A DNA stretch of 64,000 nt, from NCBI GenBank assembly GCA_963767315.1, contig CAVYDK010000014.1:45894-109893 (forward strand), written 5' to 3'. Both the position numbers and the translations under genes were made by a program. Shown here piece by piece: positions 1-10,060 of this stretch. The notes under the pieces were generated by a model, which did no database searches, was not told the origin of the DNA, and saw only the letters and a program-made list of their open reading frames with translations. The number at the start of each line of letters is the position of its first letter. The first letter of the stretch is position 1. This DNA comes from an uncultured Acidobacteriaceae bacterium. Lineage in GTDB: Bacteria; Acidobacteriota; Terriglobia; Terriglobales; Acidobacteriaceae.

Positions 1-114
1 GGAAACTTGGCCGGGAGCCATGCGGTCAATCAGCTCGTACGCTTGCTGCTTCGTGTCTGTGGAGGCGACTGCCATTTTGAGTCCTCACGGAAATTTGCCG
101 TGGCTAAATCTGAG

Positions 115-269
115 TGTAGTCGATTTTGTAACGGTCAAAGCACCCAAAAGCCACAAAGATCAACAAGGATCGGCAGGCAAGCGGTAAACAATTCAATCTA
201 AATCACTTATTTTCACTCGATTTCAACAAAGTACCACATCCGATTGAATCTGTTTTGGGAGCAGAGGGT
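115..269 (+). repeat. att-like arm repeat, copy 1, ending in a tRNA-Pro(TGG) anticodon-arm core
   Basis: TGTAGTCGATTTTGTAAC...CAAAGCACCCAAAAGCCACAAAGATCAACA...CACTTATTTTCACTCGATTTCAACA...TCTGTTTTGGGAGCAGAGGGT; near-identical blocks start at 2108, 9079 and 21570. Confidence 0.9.
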
Positions 270-1555
270 ATGCCTCGCCAAAATTCAATCCGGGTGCAAA
301 ACGGGCATAGTGAATGAACTCGGAGTCGAGCTTTGCAGTGATTTTCGACTGGAGAGGGCTTGGTCGGTGACGGTGGAGAAACACAGAAACGGTACCGGGG
401 CCGATGCAATGAGTCAGCGGGCACACTTCTCCCGTGGATTCTCGTCAACTTTATTGAAAGATGTCTGAAACGAAAGTTCACGCGGCTAGATCATAGCGAT
501 GATGCAGGCCACCAAGTCTCGGCATGGAAATGACCTTGCAACCTTCATTGCGATGTATCTCGACTTCACGACCCGCAGGCGTTCCCTTTGCCAGTGCAAG
601 ATGAGTTCGGTCGTCATGGTAGTACCGGACGTACTCACCCATTAATCGTTTCAGATGCCGTTCGTTAAGTACGATTACGTGGTCGAGTAAGTCCCGTCTA
701 CAGTTGCCGACCCAGCGTTCTGCAACACCGTTCTGCCACGGACTACGGAAGCCGGTCCGCTTCGGCTCTATGCCGAAGCTCTTCATGGTGTCAACAACTT
801 CTTCATTGAACTGCGTGCCGCGATCAAAGATCAGATACCCGGGTGCAGAATCATCAGGAAAGGCCTCGCGGAGTTGTTGGACAACCCAAGCACTGGTCGG
901 ATGCCTGGTGACGCTGCAGTGCAGAATCCGCCGCCGATCATGCGCGATGACGAAGAAGCAGTAGAGCACGCCGAAGGTGAGCGTCGGCACGGTGAAGAAA
1001 TCCATCGCGGCAATCGCTTCACCGTGGTTATTCAGGAAAGCCGCCCACCGTTTTGCCGGCTCAGGATTTCGAGGGGCCTTTCGCATCCAGCGCAGCACCG
1101 TTCGCTCAGAGATATCGAAGCCCAACATCTTTAACTCACCGCGTATGCGCGGCGCGCCCCACATCGGGTTCTCGGCAACCATGCGGAAGATTAGCTCGCG
1201 CAGTTTCCTGCTCACACATCTTCTGCCCGCACGCTTCCGATGCCGCGAAAGCCACGTCCAGTACAACTTGAACCCTGCGCGGTGCCAGCGGACGACCGTC
1301 TCCGGCTGAACAAGGATCAATGTCTGCTGCCAGCCGGGCCACATCCGCCGCAACATCACCCAAAACAATTTGTCCGGAGCGGCAAACCGCGTCTGCGGAT
1401 GCTTCTGTTTCAAGACTCCGAGTTGCTGCCGCAAGGCCAAGTTTTCCAAAAGTAGATTACGACGAGAACGGGCAGACATAACAAGCAGAACGAACAAGAG
1501 CCTCAACAAACGCAGCATGAAACCCTTGTATCAAAACATCATTCCTGCAAGATAA
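269..1555 (-). mobile_element. IS481/IS3-like (rve) insertion sequence, right end present, left end not found
   Basis: End motif T(A)TGCCTCGCCAAAATTCAATCCG at 269 recurs at 14989 and 21177; ~200 nt conserved non-coding end followed by the transposase. Confidence 0.7.
478..1518 (-). CDS. integrase-core (rve, DDE) transposase
   Basis: 346 aa; WGAPRIRGEL HTH, AMDFFTV, LIFDRG, SPWQNGVAERW, RLGGLHHRY motifs. Confidence 0.9.
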   Translation of the reverse strand: MLRLLRLLFVLLVMSARSRRNLLLENLALRQQLGVLKQKHPQTRFAAPDKLFWVMLRRMWPGWQQTLILVQPETVVRWHRAGFKLYWTWLSRHRKRAGRRCVSRKLRELIFRMVAENPMWGAPRIRGELKMLGFDISERTVLRWMRKAPRNPEPAKRWAAFLNNHGEAIAAMDFFTVPTLTFGVLYCFFVIAHDRRRILHCSVTRHPTSAWVVQQLREAFPDDSAPGYLIFDRGTQFNEEVVDTMKSFGIEPKRTGFRSPWQNGVAERWVGNCRRDLLDHVIVLNERHLKRLMGEYVRYYHDDRTHLALAKGTPAGREVEIHRNEGCKVISMPRLGGLHHRYDLAA

Positions 1556-1556
1556 A

Positions 1557-1829
1557 TCAACGGTAGGCTTCGCGGCGGTGACGGACGCCGATGACTTCGA
1601 TGGCGGTCTCGTTCCTGAATTCAAAGAAGAGCCGGTAGTCGCCACAGCGGAGGCAGAAGCCGGTCTGAGGTGGCTTGAGCTTCTTCACGTCGCCGTTGCG
1701 GGTGGCGAGGTAGCGGTCGGCGCAGTGGAGAATGTCGAGGGCTGTCTGACGGTCGATGCGGCGCAGATCGGAGCGGGCTTCGTCAGACCAAACGATGGAC
1801 AGGCGCGCGGGGGCTTGCTCCTCACTCAC
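1557..1829 (-). CDS. RelE/ParE family toxin
   Basis: 90 aa; IVWSDEARSDL...GDVKKLK...LRCGDYRLFF...VRHRREAYR. Confidence 0.85.
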   Translation of the reverse strand: MSEEQAPARLSIVWSDEARSDLRRIDRQTALDILHCADRYLATRNGDVKKLKPPQTGFCLRCGDYRLFFEFRNETAIEVIGVRHRREAYR

Positions 1830-2083
1830 AGACCGAACTCGCGGAGAACTTCTTCGTGGGGAGTGCCCTCACCACGGGCCAGCGATGCGCGGGCGCGATC
1901 CAGGGCGGCGGCGGTCTCCGGGGTAAGGTCTTCTTCCTCGACCGGGGCCATCGCCAGGGAGCGAGACAGCGGCTCGACCATGACCTCCAAGAGGCTGCGC
2001 ACAGCCGGGATTTTCTCCTCGGGCAATGCGTCGAGTAGAAAATGTGCCTGCTGGCGCTCTGATTGGAGATTGGTTTCCGGCAT
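1826..2083 (-). CDS. cognate antitoxin (acidic, 85 aa from ATG at 2083)
   Basis: Overlaps toxin start by 4 nt; C-terminus ARASLARGEGTPHEEVLREFGL is typical of antitoxins; the longer ORF-track start lies inside the arm repeat. Confidence 0.75.
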   Translation of the reverse strand: MPETNLQSERQQAHFLLDALPEEKIPAVRSLLEVMVEPLSRSLAMAPVEEEDLTPETAAALDRARASLARGEGTPHEEVLREFGL

Positions 2084-2107
2084 AGTCAATTCCCGCACGA
2101 TCTCTAG

Positions 2108-2257
2108 TGTAGTCGATTCTGTAACTGTCAAAGCACCCAAAAGCCACAGAGATCAACAGATTTCAGGTCGTTCGCGGTAAATAGCTCAATCAAAAACACT
2201 TATTTTCACTCAATTTCAACAGATTTCCATAAACGATTGGATCTGTTTTGGGACAGA
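2108..2257 (+). repeat. att-like arm repeat, copy 2
   Basis: TGTAGTCGATTCTGTAACTGTCAAAGCACCCAAAAGCC...TCTGTTTTGGGACAGA. Confidence 0.9.
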
Positions 2258-2831
2258 TGGAGCCGCCTCCATAACTCCCATAAATTGAATGAGTTACAAA
2301 GCGGTCGTTGGGGGAGCTTGTCTGCTTTTTGGGCTTCCACTTGGAACTCTGTTGGAGGTCAGCCAAATTCACTTTCGGATGTTTTTAGGGGGCAGTTATT
2401 GGGAGACCCAGTCCGGGTTTCTGTCGAACAAACCGGAGACGGCAGCAGTTGGCTGTTTCTTTCGAAAGCGCAGGGCGCTCTCTAATTCGAAGTTACCGCA
2501 AATCCCGTTTTCCCTGCACATCAGTTGGGAAGCAATAAGCGCCCGAGAAATCGACGAGGAACGATCCCGATTATGTGGTCGAGTCCAGGATGACACGGAA
2601 TCGCTCTTTGCTTTCGACTGGAAGTCCAGCTAAGCCCTCCATCCTGCTACTGAGAGGTAGCATCCAAGCGAACAAGGGCCGATGCAATTGGTTCCCGTTG
2701 ACAACGGTGTCCCTTTGGGAGCAGGCTTTACAACACAAAAATGCCGTTTGTGGGTGTTTCTGGAGTTAAGCTTTATGTTTAGTCCAAACGCTTACAGCAA
2801 TACGATTTCGATTCGATTTGAGGTGAAATCC

Positions 2832-5800
2832 ATGTTCAGAGCAACTGTCAAGCGGCAATCGATAAGAGCTTCCGTAAAGTACGTTTCCAACTTCCTCGCA
2901 ATCCTGCTGGTTTTTGCTGGTTTGGCTGGAGGCGTTGCGCGAGCCCAACTGTCGGGCAAAGGCGAGATCAAAGGTACGGTGAAGGATCCTTCGGGTGCCG
3001 TGGTGACGAATGCGACGGTGACGGCGACGGAGGTCTCGACCGGGGTGAGCGCGACGCGATCGTCGAACGCTTCGGGGCTCTATGATATTTCGCCGCTCGA
3101 CGCCGGGGTGTACAAGGTGACGGTGACGGCGAAAGGTTTCGAGAAGCTGACACAGACAGATGTGCAGGTGAATTCACTGGAGATCAGTGACTACGACCCT
3201 GTACTGACGGTTGGTTCGTCATCGGAGACGGTGACGGTCTCTACGCTGCCGCCGCAGCTTGAGACCTCGAACGCAGTGTTGGGCGCGACGATGGAGCAGG
3301 AGATGTACTCGGCGCTGCCGATCGAAATGGGTGCGTATGGCAACCCGGACCAGCGACGCGCCACCGATTTTGCGTTCCTGATGCCTGGTGTGCAGGGCAA
3401 CAATACCACGGGCAATCCCACGACCAATACCGGCGTTGTAAACGGTTCAGGCAGTCGCGGCGCGGTCTCCGATGTGTACATCGATGGTATTCCGTTTGTG
3501 CGCGCGGGCGGCAACGGCGACCCGCGCTATGTATGGACGGCGATCTCGGTCGACGCTGTCGATCAGTTTCAGGTGCAGACCAGCGGCTACTCGGCCATCT
3601 ACGAAGGCCAAGGCATTCAGAACTACACCATCAAGCAGGGTGGCAAGGACTACCACGGATCGGTGTATGAGTTCTTCCGTAACACCTCGTTGGATTCATG
3701 GGGTTTCTTTATAGCGAATAATCCTGCGACAGGTTTGCCTGCAAAGCCAGTTGAGCACAGCAATGAGTACGGCATCACACTGAGTGGTCCGCTGGTTCCG
3801 CTTCCTGGGTGGAAGGACAAGCTCTTCTTCTTCGGCAACTACAACGGCTTCCGCTATGCTGCGGGAACCCCAACGCCGATGAGCTTCCCGACCCTGGCGC
3901 AGCAGCAGGGCAACTTTCAGGGCGTCGCTGGCGCAGCAACTACTGCGAATCTGACTAACCCGATGGGGCCTGGCATCTACGACCCAAACACACAGACGCA
4001 GTGCACGGCCAACAACGTAAGTCAGAAGCCCTGCCGGTACCGCTATGGGTTTGTCGCGGGTGGTGTGGCGAGCCTTACGGATCCTGGTGGCGCAACTCTC
4101 GGGCCCGGTGGAACCGTCGCGGTGGATGTCATTCCCTCGTCGGAGTTCTCGTCCGTTGCGCTGGCTATGCAGGCCTTCCTTCCCACAACCGGCATCGGAG
4201 CGAATGTGGGCAACAACTATATCTCTCCGAACGCAACAGGGCTCTCCAACTGGACTACGACAGACCGCATCGATTACACCATCGGCGCGAAGGACACGCT
4301 GACTATGGTGGCTGCCATCGGGCGGCAGGCCAGCTCTGTTCCTGTCGGTCAGACCACGGCGGGCCGCAATGTTGGACCGATTCCGTATAACTACGGACAG
4401 GTCTACGCCCCCAAGACTGCGGTGGGCATCATTGAAGAGACTCACCTCTTTACCCCGAACCTGGTCAACCAGTTGAAGTACGGCTATGCCCGCTATAACG
4501 GACCTACGTTCGATGCGAACCAGGCTCCGCAGTACTCCGCGACGACCATGGGGATCACGGGGCAGCCGACAGGACCGGCCCAGCAGTCGTTCCCGATTGT
4601 GACCTTCAGCGGAACGAATGCTCCGACGAACTGGGGTGGTACGACTCCCAACGTCACACTCGCCGAGAACTATACGCTGCTGGACAACCTACAGTGGGTA
4701 AAGGGCAATCACACCCTGACCGTCGGCGGACAGAGCGCATGGCTGCTGTACAACACAATCTCGGCGACGGGCAACTCGACGCCATTGACCCTCGCCAATA
4801 CGGTGACAGAGACGGAAGGTTTGAACAACGCTTTCTCGACGATCACCAATACCGGAGCGGCCTACGCTAGCTTCCTGATTGGACAGATCGACAAGCCCAG
4901 CTTTACGCAATATGTGCAGCAGGAGTTTGGCGCGCGCTTCCGGGCCATCTCGCCGTATGTGCAGGACAACTGGAAAGTCAACTCGAAGTTGACCCTCGAT
5001 GTTGGGATTCGCTACGACTTCTTCCCGAGTGTCACGGAAGTGCATAACAATATGAGCTTCTTCAACCCCAACCTGCTTAATCCGGTAACTGGTGTGAAGG
5101 GAGCGTTGCAGTTTGCGAGCGCTGCTGTGCCCACGCCAGTGAACAACTACTACAAGAACTTCGGGCCACGCCTTGGGCTCGCCTATCAGGTTCTGCCGAA
5201 GACAGTGATCCACGCCAGCTACGGCATCATGTTTACCCACGGCGGCGCAGTCGGCGGATCGGCCACAAACACGGGCGGCGCTACGGTGAACAATGGCATT
5301 CTGGGATTCTCTGCCTCCCCGTCCTTCTCTGCGAGCGGTTCGTTGCTGAGTACGGCTCCATTCACTGGCACCCATGGTGCGTTGCCGACGTACTCGCTTG
5401 CCTGCGGTACTGCGTCGGGCGCACAGTATGGCACCGGCTACACGACGTTGACCGGGCCAGCAACCTGCGGCGCCACAGGGACGGCCGCTTATACGGCAGC
5501 TCCGTCGTCGATGGGCTACCCCGATCCCTATCTGGGGGGGCGCGCTCCTGAGTATATCAACTGGGCCTTCGGCATTCAGCAGCAGTTGACCAATGCAGTT
5601 GCCGTTACGGTCACCTATGTAGGGTCGGAGGGTCACTTCCTTCCCGCAGATGGAAGCAATGCTCGCGGCTACTGGGCCGATCAGCTTGATCCGAAGTATC
5701 TTTCTCTCGGGACCAAGCTGGCCGACACAGGAGCGAATGAGACGACAGATTGCGCCAATGCCAGTCTTGGGATTACATGCCCCGCCAACTTTGTCACTAC

Positions 5801-6701
5801 GCAGCAGCTGAATGCCGCCTTGAAGCCGTTCCCGTTCCAGGGCGTTACAGACGCCTTCGGCTATGTGGCCAACTCCAACTACAACGCGCTACAGATCGCG
5901 GGCAATATGCGCGCCTCGCATGGGGTGACGTTCAATGTGAACTACACCTTCTCGCGGTCGATCGACGATGGCGGAACCTTCCGTTCGGGCTATCCCATTC
6001 CGCAAGGTACCATTGCCAACGAGCCGACCATGTCGTGGCCGGCGGATCGCATCGAGCGCAGCTTGTCTACTTCGGATCAGCCGCAGCACTTTGTGGTGAC
6101 TGGCGTTTGGGACCTGCCCGTGGGAAGGACAGTGCTCGCCAAAAACGCAGTGGAGCGTGCAGTTCTCGGAGGGTTCAAGTTCTCCGAGACCTTCCAGGCC
6201 TACTCCGGATCGCCACTGGCGATTACCTCCTCAAGCTGCGGAACCAATCCTGCACAGTCTGCCTTCTCCTCTCCGGCGGGCTCCTGCATGCCGACCTTCA
6301 ATCCAGCCTTCAGCGGTCCGGCTCGCATCAACGGAAAGTGGGGGCAAGGGGTTACTGCCGCCAACTACAACCAATCAACGAATCCTGCTAGCTACTTCAT
6401 CGACTCCACTGCCTTCATCGCAACGCCTGCCTACCAGTTCGGCAATACGCCGCGTACGGCAGCGTATAACATCTACGGACCGGGCAACTACGATCTGGAC
6501 ATCGCTCTGGTTCGCAGCTTTCCGCTGCACCTGAGCGAAGCCTCCAAGTTCGACTTCCGGGCTGAGATGTATAACGTCACCAATCACACGAAGTTTGCCG
6601 TGGCCAGTGCCGTATTTGGCAACGCGGCCTTTGGACAGGTCACTGCCGACACAGCCGCAACCCGCAAGGCGGTGCAGTTGACAGCTCGCATCGAGTTCTA
6701 A
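2832..6701 (+). CDS. TonB-dependent receptor with N-terminal carboxypeptidase-regulatory-like domain
   Basis: GTVKDPSGAVV, YHGSVYEFFRN, YVQDNWKVNSKLTLDVGIRYD, C-terminal RKAVQLTARIEF; SD GAGGTG before ATG at 2832. Confidence 0.92.
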   Translation: MFRATVKRQSIRASVKYVSNFLAILLVFAGLAGGVARAQLSGKGEIKGTVKDPSGAVVTNATVTATEVSTGVSATRSSNASGLYDISPLDAGVYKVTVTAKGFEKLTQTDVQVNSLEISDYDPVLTVGSSSETVTVSTLPPQLETSNAVLGATMEQEMYSALPIEMGAYGNPDQRRATDFAFLMPGVQGNNTTGNPTTNTGVVNGSGSRGAVSDVYIDGIPFVRAGGNGDPRYVWTAISVDAVDQFQVQTSGYSAIYEGQGIQNYTIKQGGKDYHGSVYEFFRNTSLDSWGFFIANNPATGLPAKPVEHSNEYGITLSGPLVPLPGWKDKLFFFGNYNGFRYAAGTPTPMSFPTLAQQQGNFQGVAGAATTANLTNPMGPGIYDPNTQTQCTANNVSQKPCRYRYGFVAGGVASLTDPGGATLGPGGTVAVDVIPSSEFSSVALAMQAFLPTTGIGANVGNNYISPNATGLSNWTTTDRIDYTIGAKDTLTMVAAIGRQASSVPVGQTTAGRNVGPIPYNYGQVYAPKTAVGIIEETHLFTPNLVNQLKYGYARYNGPTFDANQAPQYSATTMGITGQPTGPAQQSFPIVTFSGTNAPTNWGGTTPNVTLAENYTLLDNLQWVKGNHTLTVGGQSAWLLYNTISATGNSTPLTLANTVTETEGLNNAFSTITNTGAAYASFLIGQIDKPSFTQYVQQEFGARFRAISPYVQDNWKVNSKLTLDVGIRYDFFPSVTEVHNNMSFFNPNLLNPVTGVKGALQFASAAVPTPVNNYYKNFGPRLGLAYQVLPKTVIHASYGIMFTHGGAVGGSATNTGGATVNNGILGFSASPSFSASGSLLSTAPFTGTHGALPTYSLACGTASGAQYGTGYTTLTGPATCGATGTAAYTAAPSSMGYPDPYLGGRAPEYINWAFGIQQQLTNAVAVTVTYVGSEGHFLPADGSNARGYWADQLDPKYLSLGTKLADTGANETTDCANASLGITCPANFVTTQQLNAALKPFPFQGVTDAFGYVANSNYNALQIAGNMRASHGVTFNVNYTFSRSIDDGGTFRSGYPIPQGTIANEPTMSWPADRIERSLSTSDQPQHFVVTGVWDLPVGRTVLAKNAVERAVLGGFKFSETFQAYSGSPLAITSSSCGTNPAQSAFSSPAGSCMPTFNPAFSGPARINGKWGQGVTAANYNQSTNPASYFIDSTAFIATPAYQFGNTPRTAAYNIYGPGNYDLDIALVRSFPLHLSEASKFDFRAEMYNVTNHTKFAVASAVFGNAAFGQVTADTAATRKAVQLTARIEF

Positions 6702-6770
6702 CGGTTTGGAACTCTACCCATGCGCGGAGTCGAAATCGCTGCGTATAACTGAAAAGCATTTTCACCAAAG

Positions 6771-6799
6771 AGAGCTGCCCTACAGGGCGGCTCTTTTTT
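6771..6799. terminator. intrinsic terminator between convergent genes
   Basis: AGAGCTGCCC-TACA-GGGCGGCTCT-TTTTT. Confidence 0.8.
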
Positions 6800-6821
6800 G
6801 GCTCCTATGGCTATCCGCCCT

Positions 6822-8336
6822 TCATTGCATTGGCTGAAACTGCCCCGTGCACTGCGGCAGCAGAGTAGGCAGATTTAACACATCCATCCCGCTGTACGCG
6901 GTGTTTGCGCCCGCAGACGGAGGCGGTGCCTGTGTCGTCACAACCCCTGCACCCTTTAGTTCAAAGTTCACGTGGCTTACCACTGCCCTGGTGAACTGCG
7001 TATGCACCTGCTCAGGCTTGATGTCCTTGATCGTGACGTTGTCCAGTCGCACCTCAGTAACATGTGCCGCGTCCTTGCCGGCTATCAGTACATCACCGGG
7101 TGTGCTGGCAAATATGTTCTGCAAGGTAATGTTTTTATAGTCGGGAATTTTGTCGCCCGGAATGGCCGGATCCACAAAGCCTTCCAGCGTTCCGTTGTTG
7201 TAGAACGGGCTGATCGCGATTGGCATCTGCACATTCCGCATGCAGATGTTGCGATACGTCAGGTCATGCACCAGCCCACCGCGCGCCGCGTTGCTCTTAA
7301 TGCGAATACCGCTGGTAGTGTGGTCCTCCGTCAACCCATCCACCAACAGGTCGCTCACTCCACTGTAGGTTTCGCTGCCTATGGACATCCCGTGCCCGTT
7401 GTAAAAATGGTTGTTGAGCACGCTCATGTGCGTCACGCCGGTCTTCACAGCGATGTTGTCGTCGCCATTGTCGATCCAGCTCTTGGTGATGGTGATGTTA
7501 GTCGAACTTCCAGGATCGATGCCATCAGTGTTGCGCGCGTCTACACCGCGTATCGTCGGCGTCTGCAGATGAACGCCCCATGCAGTAAAGCCGTCTGTGT
7601 TGTTCACTGCCACATGGAAATTAGGAGAGTTGTGCAACGTAATGCCATAGATCACAAAGCCGTCGGCATGATTGCCCACAATCAGCCGTGTGCTGTAGTA
7701 GCGCAACTGCTTCGGCTCGGCCGCACGCGCCATTTGCCACCAACTGTAATCATGTCCAACGACCGTCGCGCCGCCGCGTCCGTCAATCACGCCGTCTCCC
7801 ATGATGGCCGCGTTCTTCACATTCACGCTTATCAGCGGCTTGCAGGGACGTCCCTGGGGCGTCTCCGCAGGCGGAGTATTGCCCTTAGATGCATTCTGCG
7901 CAGTGATGAAGGACGTACTTACGTTACTCATAGTTCCGCATAGCAGCTTCGTGGCGGAGTCAGCGGGATTGGGGTCGAAGTCCTTCGGGTCGCGCGATCC
8001 ATAGAGCACCACGCTCTTGTCGATCAGCAGAGTCACGCCTTCGCGCAGTTCCAGTGCTCCACTCAGAAACGCATTTGTGTTTTTTCCTGCTGCCAGTTCC
8101 ACGGCCATGCCGGGCCTGCAACGATCCAGCGCCTGCTGGATACGCGCTGTATCGGTGGTCTTCTCAAACTTTTCCGCGAGCTTATCGGCCTCGCCGGTTT
8201 TCTCTGCTTTCAGGATTACGCAAGTCGGTGGAATCACCGGCTCAGTCACTGTGCGCGTATCCTGCGCTTGTGCAGCGAACGCAGTTGTTATACATGCCAC
8301 TACGCAGTACATCAAACACCATGTGGACGTCTTCAA
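6822..8336 (-). CDS. GH28 polygalacturonase, secreted
   Basis: Signal peptide; GH28 motifs NTDG, GDD, GHG, RIK in the expected order. Confidence 0.92.
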   Translation of the reverse strand: MKTSTWCLMYCVVACITTAFAAQAQDTRTVTEPVIPPTCVILKAEKTGEADKLAEKFEKTTDTARIQQALDRCRPGMAVELAAGKNTNAFLSGALELREGVTLLIDKSVVLYGSRDPKDFDPNPADSATKLLCGTMSNVSTSFITAQNASKGNTPPAETPQGRPCKPLISVNVKNAAIMGDGVIDGRGGATVVGHDYSWWQMARAAEPKQLRYYSTRLIVGNHADGFVIYGITLHNSPNFHVAVNNTDGFTAWGVHLQTPTIRGVDARNTDGIDPGSSTNITITKSWIDNGDDNIAVKTGVTHMSVLNNHFYNGHGMSIGSETYSGVSDLLVDGLTEDHTTSGIRIKSNAARGGLVHDLTYRNICMRNVQMPIAISPFYNNGTLEGFVDPAIPGDKIPDYKNITLQNIFASTPGDVLIAGKDAAHVTEVRLDNVTIKDIKPEQVHTQFTRAVVSHVNFELKGAGVVTTQAPPPSAGANTAYSGMDVLNLPTLLPQCTGQFQPMQ

Positions 8337-8413
8337 GACTTGCCTCCACCACGCCGGATTCTAGCATTCCAGCATAACGGTCTGACATGGTCGAGCCTTT
8401 TGGTCAGGCCTGC

Positions 8414-9078
8414 TCACGGCTTTGATTGGGAGTGCGATGCATTTTGTGGCGAAGAAGCGGTGGGTGGCGCCTTGGTTTGTCCCAATACTGTCGCGGCGGC
8501 GATGGGGTTCCAGTGGTCGGAGCCGGCGAGGAAGACGTCGGGAAGGAACTGCGCGGCATCGGAGGGGGTGAGCTGGTGCGACCAGTGGACGCGCGTCGTG
8601 GGCGAAGCGCCGGGCCCGGTCGAGTTGGATTCGGCGTAGTAGGCGGTGGATTCGTTGGCGGGGTTGGACCAATTACCCCAGCCGGCAGGGTTGATGTTGG
8701 CGGGGAGCTCTGTATTAATGAAGATCACGCGGGCGTACGGACGCCAGGGGCGACCGAGGTAGGTGGTCTGGTTAGTGGCAGGATCGAGCGTGGTGGTGAT
8801 GCGGGAGTTGAGGATGACATAGCCGGTGGGCTGATCGGCAGAGGTGCGCGATTGTGCGGTGATGTAGCCGGGGCCGTTGGAGTGCAGCTCGTCACGCTCG
8901 AAGACGGCGGCGGCGTTGCCGAAGATGTAATCGACGCCGCCTTCGATATAGCTATCGACGTAGTACTGGCGACCGAAGTCGGCGAAGAGTGTGTCCTGGT
9001 GGCCGAGCAGACGGCAGTGCCTGAAGATGGAGCGGTCGGAGCGGTTGCTCTTCGCTGGCCCATCAGGCCATATGAGGC
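8414..9078 (-). pseudogene. pectinesterase (CE8) C-terminal fragment, 5'-truncated at arm copy 3
   Basis: QDTLFA, YIEGGVDYIFG, YLGRPW motifs; ORF N-terminus (LILVALGCFDSYKFDY) is the translated arm repeat. Confidence 0.85.
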
Positions 9079-9194
9079 TGTAGTCGAATTTGTAGCTGTC
9101 AAAGCACCCAAGAGCTACAAGGATCAACAGGGATCGGTAGCTACGTGGTAAACACTTCAATCAAAAGACCTTATTTCCACTCGATTTCAACAGA
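9079..9194 (+). repeat. att-like arm repeat, copy 3, cut before the core by IS1595
   Basis: TGTAGTCGAATTTGTAGCTGTCAAAGCACCCAAGAGC...CACTCGATTTCAACAGA, then the IS1595 TIR. Confidence 0.88.
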
Positions 9195-9235
9195 GGAAGA
9201 TTATCCCCCTGAGACAAGGTGGTACAATCTTTGGC

Positions 9236-10060
9236 ATGACTCCAACCCCCTGTCCGGAAGTTGTTTCCCTTTGGTGGCACATTCACCCAGGTGTGGGGTG
9301 CTTCATCGTTATCTTTGGTCTAGTGGGGGTTCTCGTGCCCCTTATTAAAGACCGAATAAGCAGACGCGAAAAGGCTGTCTGGAGTGCCGTCCTTATTTTT
9401 TTCGCTGTTTTGGAGTTGCGAACAATTCACTATGATGGAATAGAGCATGATGCAGTTGTAAATCATGATCGCTGCGTTCAGTTGGATAGTTTTCAAAAGA
9501 TAGCCGACGGGATCAAAAAGGAACTCGATAACACCGGGCAAATCTTAGATATAGAAAAACAAGGGCGCTCTCCGAGTATCTCGTCAACCGACAAGAAGGC
9601 ACTCATAACTAAATGGGGACAAGTATCTAAACTCCAGACAAAGGCCGTTGACGGAGCGGTGGCGACTCCTGAGAATCCACCACAGATTCAGCAGGGAAAA
9701 CGATCCGTTGACGCAGAAGCTCTTGGCCTAGCACTAAAAAGCGGAGAATCTTCGGCAGCGACGGTTATCAATGACAGCACCAATGAAGCTGGTAATTTTG
9801 CGAATCAGCTCGTGGTTGGCTTGCATTTCGGAGGATGGCAAGCTGGCGGCAATAACATCAAGATCGGCGACCCTGGATTCTTTCCCGATAGTCTTACCGT
9901 AGAGGTCTCCGCGAATCCTGCCTCCGCCGAAGATCATTCCATAGCCGAAGCCAAAGCCCTTATCACAGCACTGAAAAAACAGGGCGTGGAAGCTACGTTA
10001 CGATTCACAACATTACAATTTCCACCGAACTTTATGCGAATCAAAGTAGCGGGGCAGTAA
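9236..10060 (+). CDS. hypothetical membrane-anchored protein (IS passenger)
   Basis: 274 aa, two N-terminal hydrophobic helices, AT-richer than flanks, TACAAT just upstream. Confidence 0.7.
   Translation: MTPTPCPEVVSLWWHIHPGVGCFIVIFGLVGVLVPLIKDRISRREKAVWSAVLIFFAVLELRTIHYDGIEHDAVVNHDRCVQLDSFQKIADGIKKELDNTGQILDIEKQGRSPSISSTDKKALITKWGQVSKLQTKAVDGAVATPENPPQIQQGKRSVDAEALGLALKSGESSAATVINDSTNEAGNFANQLVVGLHFGGWQAGGNNIKIGDPGFFPDSLTVEVSANPASAEDHSIAEAKALITALKKQGVEATLRFTTLQFPPNFMRIKVAGQ

Noticed and set aside
55-74. GGAGGCGACTGCCA as a tRNA 3' end
   Set aside because: No T-arm or cloverleaf on either strand.
2108-2131. Outward TTGACA in the arm as a hybrid promoter for cargo
   Set aside because: No acceptable -10 at 16-18 bp in copies 2 or 3, and the hexamer varies in copies 1 and 4.
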